Shown piece after piece: positions 32,732-42,589 of a stretch of DNA of 64,000 nucleotides. Numbering within the stretch: position 1 is the first letter of the stretch; each line of letters begins with the position of its first letter. The notes below the pieces were generated by a model, which did not search any database, was not told the origin of the DNA, and saw only the letters and a program-made list of their open reading frames with translations. Made by a program: the position numbers and the translations under genes. The DNA comes from Nitrososphaeraceae archaeon (GTDB lineage Archaea > Thermoproteota > Nitrososphaeria > Nitrososphaerales > Nitrososphaeraceae): the NCBI GenBank assembly GCA_035250975.1, contig DATFEP010000047.1, forward strand, positions 18,963 through 82,962, read 5' to 3'.

Positions 32732-33790
32732 ATGAATTTAGACGATGTTCCTTCATATACATATTTTCTTCATATTTGTTTAAATTTACATTTAGTTCAC
32801 AATACCCAATATCTATATTTAATAGAGCAAACCATCTTAGATAGTGTAATGATTTTTCAAAATAAAAAAATTATTTCATTTTTACCTAGCGCAACAGAAA
32901 TACTTTATGAAATAGGATGCAGTTCTCAAATAGTGGGTGTTACACATGAGTGCAAATATCCAGAAGATGCAAAAACAAAACCTAAAGTGATAAATTCTTC
33001 CTTTGATGCTTCAGCTATGACAAGCAAGGAAATAGATAAGAAAATTGTTGAATTATTTAGCAAAGGAATGGACATATATGTCGTAAATGACAAGGTGTTA
33101 ACAAATCTAAAACCTGACCTAATAGTAGCACAGGGAATATGTGAAGTATGTTCCCCATTTACAAAAGAGATCAAACGGGCTATTTCAGTGTTAGGATATA
33201 ATCCAGATGTTCTTATCCTCGATCCTCGCAATCTAAAAGATATTTTGACTAATATAGAAGAAATAGCCAAAAAAGTAGATAAAGTGAAAGAAGGTCAAAA
33301 ATTGATAGAATCTCTTACAAAAAAGATTAGTTTGATACAGAAAATAATTGAAACGAAAAACAAAGTAAATTTACAGAGAGTACTATGTTTAGAGTGGATT
33401 GATCCATTTTTTACTGCAGGACACTGGATTCCAGAGATGGTAGAAATAGCTGGCGGGATAAATGGTTTAAGTAAAACTGGAGAACAATCAAGACGTACTA
33501 CAATGCAGGAGATAAAAGATTTTGATCCCGATAAAATTATTCTCATGCCATGTGGATTTGATACAGAGAGAACTTTAATAGAATACAATAGAACAATAAA
33601 GAAAGATATCGGATGGAATTCTTTGACGGCGGTAAAAAATGGTAAGATATATGTTGTAGATGCAGGTTCATATTTCAGTAAACCAGGACCAAGAACATTT
33701 TCTGGAGTTGAGATCTTGGCAAAGATAATTCATCCACAATACTTTAATCACATTACGGTTCCTTCGAATTCTTTTCTGAGGCTTGATTGA
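32732..33790 (+). CDS. Cobalamin/iron-siderophore-type ABC substrate-binding protein (BtuF-like); true start likely near 32849
   Basis: IISFLPSATEIL, VGVTHECKYP, LEWIDP, GHWIPEMV, YFSKPGPR. Confidence 0.9.
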   Translation: MNLDDVPSYTYFLHICLNLHLVHNTQYLYLIEQTILDSVMIFQNKKIISFLPSATEILYEIGCSSQIVGVTHECKYPEDAKTKPKVINSSFDASAMTSKEIDKKIVELFSKGMDIYVVNDKVLTNLKPDLIVAQGICEVCSPFTKEIKRAISVLGYNPDVLILDPRNLKDILTNIEEIAKKVDKVKEGQKLIESLTKKISLIQKIIETKNKVNLQRVLCLEWIDPFFTAGHWIPEMVEIAGGINGLSKTGEQSRRTTMQEIKDFDPDKIILMPCGFDTERTLIEYNRTIKKDIGWNSLTAVKNGKIYVVDAGSYFSKPGPRTFSGVEILAKIIHPQYFNHITVPSNSFLRLD

Positions 33791-33906
33791 TCATACAAGA
33801 TATTTCTATTAACATGGCATCATTGTGTATCCAAATAACAGTAATATATATACATTGTGACCTCCAATAGGTATTATTGAGATTTTCCCAGCCATCAAAT
33901 TTGAAT

Positions 33907-34656
33907 TTATAATCTATTATCGTCTGAGTGGATTGAATATTTTTTCTTTATCTTTATGTACTTATCTAGATCATCATAAGTATTGATATACCTTGATGCA
34001 CTTATTACATCCCGTACATTCCTAGATCCCAATTCATCCCAAACTGCGCTAATTATTTTCTGTTTCAAATCTTGATTTTTTACTTTTACTACTTTATTAC
34101 AAATACTGTTAAAATCCTCAAATGTATATTGTGGCAAGTCATATCTATCAAACCTATCTCGCAATGGCTCTATCAATTTTGAAAGCTCGTTACAGGTAGC
34201 AAATACTTTTAGAAAACTAAATTTTATCTCCCTGTGATTTCCTGACCTCGTATCAATTATCCTACCATCCTGCAGCAGGTTTAACAATATCTCCTGATCA
34301 ATCTTTTTTAACCTGGATATTTCATCTAACAATAATATCTTTAGTCGATTTCTATTTTCAAACAAAAGATCTCGCAATCCTGCCTTTGTCATCAAACTAC
34401 AATCCAAATAAATACAATGTTTATGATAGCTATTCTCTATACATTTAAGAAATAACGATTTTCCCATTCCTGGTTTTCCAGATAATAATATCGATGTAGA
34501 ATATTCCGATAATAACGCAAGTTCTAACAGATCTTTAATATCAGTATAACCCACAATCTGACTAAATATATCGTCATTATTTTCATTCTTATTTTGTAAA
34601 CCAACTGTAACTGAATGTATTTTATCTACAAAAAATAATCTACGCAATTGAAACAT
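33907..34656 (-). CDS. AAA+ ATPase
   Basis: Walker A GKPGMGKS, Walker B LLLDE, ATCN, LRDRF. Confidence 0.88.
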   Translation of the reverse strand: MFQLRRLFFVDKIHSVTVGLQNKNENNDDIFSQIVGYTDIKDLLELALLSEYSTSILLSGKPGMGKSLFLKCIENSYHKHCIYLDCSLMTKAGLRDLLFENRNRLKILLLDEISRLKKIDQEILLNLLQDGRIIDTRSGNHREIKFSFLKVFATCNELSKLIEPLRDRFDRYDLPQYTFEDFNSICNKVVKVKNQDLKQKIISAVWDELGSRNVRDVISASRYINTYDDLDKYIKIKKKYSIHSDDNRL

Positions 34657-34785
34657 TATATTATATGTTTTGTAGATTATAATAAAAATATTTTCAAAAA
34701 AATTTTTCTGAAAATTTTTCTTTTCCTTTATTAGAAATCCTTAAATCAAAATTATTTTCAAGCTTCAAATCTGGTTAAAATTAAA

Positions 34786-35433
34786 TTATAAAAAAGCACT
34801 TACCAACAAATTTACCCCAAATATTCCTATAATGGTACTAAAAGATAAGAGAAGGATTCTATAAAATTTTTGTTTAATTATTGATCTTCCCTTAGAGGAC
34901 ATAAAGGATGTTATCCATAACCAAAAGTAATCCATCCAGATATGTGAAAAGAAAAGAAGGATTATACCACTTAGATAACCAAAATTATTTACTGAATCAG
35001 AGACAAGTTTCAACCCGATAGTAGACCACCAAACAAGGAAAAATGGATTGAGACCTGTGAAAATCATTCCAACCAATATAGCGTTTTTGATTGTATATCT
35101 GGAATTTTGATTATTTGTTTCCAAAGATTTATTTTTTATTACAGGATAAACCTGTATAAACGAGAAAAATATCATGAATACACCCCCAACTATTCCTATT
35201 ATTTTCAAAATATCAGAATCGGATATAGACATAGAGGAAAATTTGCTTATTCCGTAGAATAACAATACTAGTAATGGAAATTCTACCAATGTATGTCCTA
35301 CAGCAATTTTTAGCCCCATTATGGAACCATATTTACTACCATAAAATAGATTCACAAAAAATAAAGGTCCAGGAGAGAAGACTCCAGACGTTGAAACAAG
35401 AATAACATAAAAGAAAAATTCTAATGGAGACAT
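34786..35433 (-). CDS. LysE family translocator
   Basis: SPGP, GHTLVE, LNPFFLVWW. Confidence 0.9.
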   Translation of the reverse strand: MSPLEFFFYVILVSTSGVFSPGPLFFVNLFYGSKYGSIMGLKIAVGHTLVEFPLLVLLFYGISKFSSMSISDSDILKIIGIVGGVFMIFFSFIQVYPVIKNKSLETNNQNSRYTIKNAILVGMIFTGLNPFFLVWWSTIGLKLVSDSVNNFGYLSGIILLFFSHIWMDYFWLWITSFMSSKGRSIIKQKFYRILLLSFSTIIGIFGVNLLVSAFL

Positions 35434-35534
35434 TCGATTTATCTTATGAAGAATAATGAATAACTATATAACTTGTCTTTTTTGTCACACAAAATTTAAA
35501 TTCTAATACCCATGTTATTTTTTAATTATTTACT

Positions 35535-36092
35535 TTACCATCTACTCTTTAATTTTGAAAACGTATTTTTAAAGTAACCTAATGTTTCATTATCAAGAAT
35601 GCAAAACTCTACAGTATGAAGAGAAGTTTTATTATTTAACAAAAATTTTCCAGTTTCCTTTAAAAGAATTTCTGCACATCTAAGTTTGGGAAAACCAAAG
35701 ATACCAGAACTGATGGCAGGAATGGAAATAGTTTTGAATTCTTTCTTCGTTGCAAGCTGCAACGTATTGTAGATAGATTGAGACAATTTATTATCTTCAT
35801 TACCTTCTCCCATTCTAGGTCCTACAGTATGAATTATTGCAGAACATGGCAGGTTCCCAGAGGTTGTAATAACTGAATTTCCTACTGGAACAAATCCTAT
35901 CTTGTCACTTTCTATCTGGATTATTTTTCCACCTTTCCTTACTATTGAGCCGGCTACACCACTGCCATGTTTTAAAAAGGAATTTGCAGCATTGACAATT
36001 ACGTCTACTTTTCTGTCTGTTATATCTCCCTGTACTATTATGATTTTTTTATTGTTTGAAAAGCTAAATTCATCTACTAAATGACCAGTCAT
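35535..36092 (-). CDS. Macro domain protein (O-acetyl-ADP-ribose deacetylase-like)
   Basis: GDIT, NAAN, GSGVAG, HTVGP, ISSGIFGFP. Confidence 0.93.
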   Translation of the reverse strand: MTGHLVDEFSFSNNKKIIIVQGDITDRKVDVIVNAANSFLKHGSGVAGSIVRKGGKIIQIESDKIGFVPVGNSVITTSGNLPCSAIIHTVGPRMGEGNEDNKLSQSIYNTLQLATKKEFKTISIPAISSGIFGFPKLRCAEILLKETGKFLLNNKTSLHTVEFCILDNETLGYFKNTFSKLKSRW

Positions 36093-36204
36093 GAATTAAA
36101 ATAAAGATTGTTTAATAAATAAATAAACATTCAATTCAAAGCATATGACCAAATCCCAAAAAATAATAAATTTTGCTTAATACATATGGCAGACCGATAT
36201 GCAA

Positions 36205-36945
36205 TCAGACATTTTTTATCATTGACAATATCTTAGGCAGTGTTTCAGTTGCCTTTCCCCGCAAGGAAAAATCCATTAAATTATTAAAAATAGTAGGTTC
36301 AGGATTCATTTCTATCAGAGTTGCACCATTTCTTTTAGCATTCAGAGGTAATGTATTCACAGGACCAACGTTCAATGAAGTTCCCACGATAAACATTACA
36401 CTACAATTCCCTGAAGATTCCTCCGCTATTTTCCACGTTTGTTGATCTAATGGTTCTCCAAAGAAGACAATTTCTGGTCTTAGAATATTTCTACATGATT
36501 TACATATTGGGGGCAAATCTTGAATATTTTTTATATCTTGCTGTTGAAATTCACCCTTAAAATTGCAGCCAGTACATTTTATTCGCATTATATTTCCATG
36601 AAGTTCAACAATATTTTTGCTGCCAGCTCTTCTATGCAATCCATCTATATTTTGTGTCAAAATGGTGGTATTTTTCAACCTTTCAATTTCTGCTATTGTT
36701 AAATGTCCAAGATTGGGTTTGCAACCTAAAACCAGTTTTTGTCTATCCTGATAAAATTCCCACACCAATTTAGGATCCTCATAAAATCCAGATATAGATG
36801 CAAGTTTCATGGGATCATATTTTTTCCACAGACCCCCAGGACCTCTAAAGGTTGGTATACCACTTTCTTCTGATATCCCGGCTCCAGTCAGAAAAACAAA
36901 ATTATCTGAATTTTTGAGAATGGATTTTAGAGACTCTTGTGTCAT
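36205..36945 (-). CDS. cobB: NAD-dependent protein deacylase (Sir2 family)
   Basis: GAGISEESGIPTFRG, TQNIDGLH, HGN, two CxxC, GTSL. Confidence 0.95.
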   Translation of the reverse strand: MTQESLKSILKNSDNFVFLTGAGISEESGIPTFRGPGGLWKKYDPMKLASISGFYEDPKLVWEFYQDRQKLVLGCKPNLGHLTIAEIERLKNTTILTQNIDGLHRRAGSKNIVELHGNIMRIKCTGCNFKGEFQQQDIKNIQDLPPICKSCRNILRPEIVFFGEPLDQQTWKIAEESSGNCSVMFIVGTSLNVGPVNTLPLNAKRNGATLIEMNPEPTIFNNLMDFSLRGKATETLPKILSMIKNV

Positions 36946-37145
36946 TTATTTAATATTTCAGCAACAAATATTTATTTTAGCCTCTTCTAGGATATTATAT
37001 TGTTTTCTTCAGATAAGATTCAAATCGAATCTATCTCGACTTACTTTTTTTATGAAAAATTTATGTATCATAATATCCAAATTTCTTTTATTTGGTAATC
37101 AGATTGATGAATTTATTTACGAAAAAAAGTACTTGAAGATATGCA

Positions 37146-37613
37146 TTATTTCATGTTTTCTTTTATCTTATTAACAATTTGTCTCATCGTATTACTATCT
37201 AGATGTGGTCTATTTTTTTTAAACAATGAATGAATAGGACCACCGCCATCCCCATATGTTCTTGGGATGACATGAATATGAACATGAGGTATCTCTTGTC
37301 CTGCTTCTCTTCCATTATGAATTGCTATGGTAGAACTATTTACGTTCAAGGATCTTTCTAAGGGTTCTATTATTTTCCACAATACATCAAATAACCCTAC
37401 AGAACATGCTTTGTTCATCTCATTAATTTTTGAATAGTGAGTTTTTGGGATAATAAGAGTATGACCTATTGCTAGTGGATATGCATCAAGAAATGCTAAA
37501 GCTTGGTCATTTTCAGTGATAAAATTAGTTGAGATTTCTTTTCTGACAATTTTACAAAAAATACATGATTGTTCATACATACCAAATTTATCAAAATTAA
37601 ATAATAAAATCAT
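37146..37613 (-). CDS. HIT family hydrolase
   Basis: CIFC, GHTLIIPK, HVHIH. Confidence 0.93.
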   Translation of the reverse strand: MILLFNFDKFGMYEQSCIFCKIVRKEISTNFITENDQALAFLDAYPLAIGHTLIIPKTHYSKINEMNKACSVGLFDVLWKIIEPLERSLNVNSSTIAIHNGREAGQEIPHVHIHVIPRTYGDGGGPIHSLFKKNRPHLDSNTMRQIVNKIKENMK

Positions 37614-37908
37614 TTATTTTTTAAAAACGTCAAGATAGGCTACGACTCTCCTGAAGTCTAGATCTCTCTGAACTTTGTCTTAAATTCCTTATTTGACTTC
37701 AATTAATTAATTATTTCTCTATAACTGATTTGATATATCTTAAATGTTTAGAGATTTTATTGATATAAAACTAATTCTTTTTTTTAAAAACTAATATCCA
37801 TTAATCTACATTGATTTAATAATTTTTTACTAGATACGAATAGTTAATCATTATAAATAAACCTTCGTTAATATAACCTATTTCTAATATGAAATATATA
37901 TTAAAAAT

Positions 37909-38202
37909 ATGGGAAGATCCAAGAACTACTCTACTTCACCGAATAATGGTCTACTGATGCGACTACTAGGGTACGCTTTAACTAAATTTATTATTCCTTT
38001 TATCATTCTACTAATGCGAGTACTAGCATATGCCATAATTACATTTATTATTCCATTTATCATTAATATCATAAAAACAAAACTAGGTGCCCAACAACGT
38101 CTTTTATGTACTAAATGTCACGGAAAATTAGAAGTAATTGATAAAGGCAATCTTTATTGCAGAAATTGCAAAATAATTAAGTTTGATCCCGATCCCTATT
38201 AA
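37909..38202 (+). CDS. Small membrane protein with duplicated 19-aa segment and C-terminal zinc ribbon
   Basis: 57-bp tandem repeat at 37951-38064; CTKC...CRNC. Confidence 0.65.
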   Translation: MGRSKNYSTSPNNGLLMRLLGYALTKFIIPFIILLMRVLAYAIITFIIPFIINIIKTKLGAQQRLLCTKCHGKLEVIDKGNLYCRNCKIIKFDPDPY

Positions 38203-38685
38203 TTAGCAGAAACCTTAATTTCATTAATTTTATTAACCGGAAACATTTAATTTTTCTACAGAAATGTTGACATCTAATTACTAGAAATAATAACGGTAAT
38301 CTTAATCATGATTAAGTAAAATTAACTAAAAATACTTTTACTGATTTTGAATTGTATAATTTATTATGTTCTCAAATCAAAGTTGTGATTGAAAATTTGT
38401 CTTGGAAAAATGAACACAATAAAAAACTTTTAATTAGTGTTGTAAATATAAAAAAATTTGTAGAATTAAAAATCTAACCGATGTAAAGAAATTTAACAAA
38501 TATTTTTGATATAGTAATAAAAGGCATCATATCATCAATGATAAAATGCATTAGAAGAAACAGGCTTTCAAAGATTTCATATACTCATTTTCGTTAGATC
38601 GCAATTTTTGCCATTTAATTTTTTTATTTACAACATTTTTTACTTCATTTTCTTTTTTTGTTCTTTTTATACAATAAAATAACTA

Positions 38686-38886
38686 TCACAACTGTATCAT
38701 CTTATTAAAATTATTTCCATAAAAATGATTGAATCTCTTGAAAATAACAAGACATTGTTTATTATCAAAATAATAATTTGATCCTGAAATATATTCGATA
38801 ATAATATCTTTATCGTCAGTACATGATAGTGGTTTGCCACATAAGGAACAGACTGATTCAGAAAGATTTGTAATATTCATATCCAT
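38686..38886 (-). CDS. Stand-alone TRASH/YHS-like Cys domain protein
   Basis: CSLCGK...YYFDNKQC, homologous to the N-terminus of the kinase at 45014-46489. Confidence 0.8.
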   Translation of the reverse strand: MDMNITNLSESVCSLCGKPLSCTDDKDIIIEYISGSNYYFDNKQCLVIFKRFNHFYGNNFNKMIQL

Positions 38887-39204
38887 GTTTTACTCTTATA
38901 TAAAAAAACGAGAGAATCATCACAATCGCCATCATCATGATATTTGTGAATATATAGTGGAAGGATATCGCTATCTTGTTCCTTTCCTTTCATGACTTCA
39001 AAATCTAAAGTTTTCCATCTCCTTCCAAGAAATTCTGCTGAGATAATTGCATATACTATAGTTGACATACTAAAATATAAAGCATATTATATTTTTGGTT
39101 AACATATGAAAAATAAATGACCTGATCAGTTAACGTACATTAAGTCAACTATATGATATTGCCATAAAAAAAAGGTTAATTTGTATTTAGACATATTATT
39201 CAAG

Positions 39205-39365
39205 ACAAAGCTTACTACGGTATCTTTACAATTTCCAAAAACATAAACGTCAGCTCCTGATTTATCTATCAAGACATTATCACCATTTTCTCTAACCTAA
39301 TACCATCTCCTTTCTCGCCAATAAGGATTTCATTATCACCTCTATCGTACAATACATCGTTTCGT
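39205..39365 (-). pseudogene. Remnant of hemolysin-type (RTX) calcium-binding repeat gene
   Basis: NDVLYDRGDNEILIGEKGD, then after a frameshift GDNVLIDKSGADVYVFGNCKDTVVSF. Confidence 0.5.
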
Positions 39366-39493
39366 TCAAATTCAAAGGATCTTGCCAGTTGATGGAGAAC
39401 TTTTTTGTGAACACATTGGTAATGATACCTATTTATTATTAAGATTTTTTATCAAAAATGACCTGGACTATTCTTACGACGTTATTTGAATAA

Positions 39494-40600
39494 TTAGCCA
39501 CCCATTACAGGTGGTTGTCGTAATAACCATAGCTTCTTCTGATCATAAAATGACATTTGTTGTTCATCTGACTGTTCAAAATTGAGATCGTAGTCTGCAT
39601 GTATAGATAAAATTACAGGCGATCGAGACAAACCTGATTCTCCTGGAGTAGCATAGAGTACAGAGTCTCCGTCGTCTCCACAAATAAACTGGCCTAAATT
39701 TGACGTCCAGAATATCCTAGGACTAATAACTATATCATATAATGGATGTTTTTTGTATTTAGAACCTGTTATTGTAGTAGGTGAACAATTATTAGTTTCT
39801 CTTAACGCAGTAAATTTTATAATTTCCGACGTAATTAGATAACTCTTTGAAATATTTATTCGCACAAGGTTGTTAAAAGCTCTAAAAAGTATTCTTAAAT
39901 TGCAGATATTACAGCTTTTTTGTGTTTTTATTGACACAAGATTATCATATTTTTCAGCAATTAATAATTGATTATTTTCGTTCTCAAAATTGTCATCGGT
40001 TGTATACGATAAACATAAATCATTTTTTTTAGAAGGGTCAGAATCATCCTTTTCTAATGAGATCCTAGCTTTGCATTTACTTTTTAGAAATTTTTTGAAA
40101 ATTGTTATTTCTATATTTATTAGAAACTTGTCCTGTCTTTGTCCCCTGAAAGATTTTAACCCAATTTGAGTGGCAGTTAAAAAAATTTTGATATTTTTCG
40201 TGGCCTGATTATTTCTGATCTCATTCAACTGAGGATAGAAAAGTACGCAGTTTCCAGTATCCCTTGTCATATACTCTGCATTCGTACCATATCCAATTTT
40301 GAAAGCGCCGTTTTCCTTATCTTCCTGTTCTATCTTCCAATTTATTTTAGAGTCCGCTGGCAACTTAAAAATATGACTTTGTTGATGTCTGCATAATGCT
40401 TTTATGATAACATGACTTTTTACATCCAATTTAATTGGAATAGCATCTCTGATTCCGAAACTGATTTCATTAATTGGAAATGCAATATCAATATCACAAT
40501 AACGATGTATTTCATAATCAACAGAGTAAAGATAATTTGATTCACTAACATGATCATCCCCATCATTACCATCATCATAATGTGATATATTATTAAACAC
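39494..40600 (-). CDS. Hypothetical protein ending in PPVMGG
   Basis: 368-aa ORF; two similar W..G.F..G..V[FY].P segments. Confidence 0.75.
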   Translation of the reverse strand: MFNNISHYDDGNDGDDHVSESNYLYSVDYEIHRYCDIDIAFPINEISFGIRDAIPIKLDVKSHVIIKALCRHQQSHIFKLPADSKINWKIEQEDKENGAFKIGYGTNAEYMTRDTGNCVLFYPQLNEIRNNQATKNIKIFLTATQIGLKSFRGQRQDKFLINIEITIFKKFLKSKCKARISLEKDDSDPSKKNDLCLSYTTDDNFENENNQLLIAEKYDNLVSIKTQKSCNICNLRILFRAFNNLVRINISKSYLITSEIIKFTALRETNNCSPTTITGSKYKKHPLYDIVISPRIFWTSNLGQFICGDDGDSVLYATPGESGLSRSPVILSIHADYDLNFEQSDEQQMSFYDQKKLWLLRQPPVMGG

Positions 40601-40873
40601 TAGATTATTGAATACAGATTATTATTAATTAAGTATAGCTATGTTATTTATCTCAGTAACCAAATTCACAGTTGGTAATTTAATAAAATTCTTTTTTTTA
40701 TTATTCAAGATTGATGAAATTTTATAACGTTTGGAGAAATTTAGATCTATTAAAAATCAGTGACAGAGGATAATCACGACATTCAACTTGAATGTGAAAG
40801 ATATCATAATACTGAATTCATGTTTGAAAGATAAATTAAATTAAAGCAATCATCTGATAAAAACAACATTTCT

Positions 40874-42271
40874 CTATTCTATAGCACATGTTACGACTTT
40901 CTCTAATAACCAAATTTTCTCAAAAGAGCTAATATATGTAAATATAGATTCTTCTTTATTAGTATAAATTGCAAAATATTTCTCTGTATCTTGTTTAGAA
41001 TCTTTTTTTGTATCCAATACCATAACTTTTTCTAAATCTACTAACATTATCATGGCATCTGTTTTCAAAGGTTTTTCAAAGTATCTCAAACTGATATTTG
41101 GATTTTTAAATATTAACCTCTGTAAATTATTGTCTTTAACAAAAGCAGACACATGCAACAAAATTCTAATGAATAGTCCTTCATCCGCTCTTTTATTAAC
41201 AAGATATAACAGATCTTTTATTTCTGTCGCTTCCAACCACTTAGGTGCACAAATCAGGATACTTATCTCGCTTTTTGAATAATTTACCAATTCAAAAAGA
41301 AGAGTGTGAATTCTTTCTTTATCTTCTATATTTTCTATAAATGGTTTATTTTCTCCTAAAAATTCTTTAAAATTTCCTCTAGAAGAAATTACCTGTCTAT
41401 TGGATTCATCTGCATTAAACGTATCATCAAGGTCTTTATTTAGTAATTGACTGAGTTTGTAGTACCAAATTAAAGCTGCGCTTAGAAACAAATATGCAAA
41501 TGCATATATCAAATTCCATAGCCACTCAGTAACCAAAATAAGATCATCACTAATAGTGGATGTATATGTATATCCAAAGTCTGCAATTGTTACCAATGTC
41601 ATTGAAACACAGAATAACATCCAATGATAAATGAAAGGATCTTTTTTCGGTAACTTGTAAATAATAAGAAGAGCAGAAACTAGTAATATTGTATCCAATA
41701 CATAGTACAAGATATTCATAGCAATTTCTAAAAATTGAGAATTGAAATCAATTCCACTGATTATCATATGGACGGTTGTTATTACAGGAATTAAAGAAAC
41801 CACAAAAGATACAAAAATAATAGTGTTACGAGAAATCGATTTATTCTTATTAACAACATTAAAGGATTTGTAAATATGATAAATGAGGAAACCGTATCCG
41901 ATAAAATAAAACAATTCTGCAATAGAAGGATAAGGAACAGGAATATTTAGTACCGATTGATAGAACATGTATGTAGCTTCGCCCAAAAACCAAAAAACAA
42001 TTCCGATTAAAACAGCTTTGAACTTTCTAATCTCCATTTTTTTAATATGAGTAGTTATCAAAAGCAGCGATATCCCCGTACATATACCTAAAAATATTAA
42101 TGTGACCATACTATTGTATTTATTAGTTTTTTCTATATCAATCAAATAGATTATTAAATAGATAAAAAATGTGCTTACGGCAGCAGTTAGTAAAAAACCA
42201 GAGAACAGATATTTTAATTCATATTTTACTCTGAATAGGACATCTGTTTTTGAACTTTCGACATTATACAA
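40874..42271 (-). CDS. Membrane sensor-like protein with C-terminal TrmB/PLD-like domain, no kinase domain
   Basis: Hydrophobic N-half with WFLGE and PYPSIAELFY; C-terminal YTNKEESIFTYISSFEKIW. Confidence 0.82.
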   Translation of the reverse strand: MYNVESSKTDVLFRVKYELKYLFSGFLLTAAVSTFFIYLIIYLIDIEKTNKYNSMVTLIFLGICTGISLLLITTHIKKMEIRKFKAVLIGIVFWFLGEATYMFYQSVLNIPVPYPSIAELFYFIGYGFLIYHIYKSFNVVNKNKSISRNTIIFVSFVVSLIPVITTVHMIISGIDFNSQFLEIAMNILYYVLDTILLVSALLIIYKLPKKDPFIYHWMLFCVSMTLVTIADFGYTYTSTISDDLILVTEWLWNLIYAFAYLFLSAALIWYYKLSQLLNKDLDDTFNADESNRQVISSRGNFKEFLGENKPFIENIEDKERIHTLLFELVNYSKSEISILICAPKWLEATEIKDLLYLVNKRADEGLFIRILLHVSAFVKDNNLQRLIFKNPNISLRYFEKPLKTDAMIMLVDLEKVMVLDTKKDSKQDTEKYFAIYTNKEESIFTYISSFEKIWLLEKVVTCAIE

Positions 42272-42473
42272 CTACTTGTTATATATTACTGATCTAATGA
42301 TAATTATTTATTCTTTTTTCCAGTATGATTTTCGTGTTTCTAATGTGCTATTATTCTTTTCAACCAAAAATATTGAATTAAAAAATTTCAAATATCATAT
42401 TTGATGTTTACCTAGAAAACATGATTATTATCAGACTTTTTGTAATTTGTACCGACAATAATATTATAGTCAA

Positions 42474-42499
42474 AAAATTTTTCGGCGCCGAAAAATTTT
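42474..42499. repeat. Perfect 26-bp palindrome, candidate parS or regulator site
   Basis: AAAATTTTTCGGCGCCGAAAAATTTT, about 90 bp beyond the parB stop. Confidence 0.8.
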
Positions 42500-42589
42500 A
42501 CCTTTGAAAAAACATCCAGAAGCAAAATGATAGTAAAAATATATAAAAAATGAAAATGAAAATAAAAATAACGAAAATAAAGAAAATGT

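Noticed and set aside
38877-39068. 63-aa ORF overlapping the TRASH-like gene start
   Set aside because: No recognisable features; may be spurious
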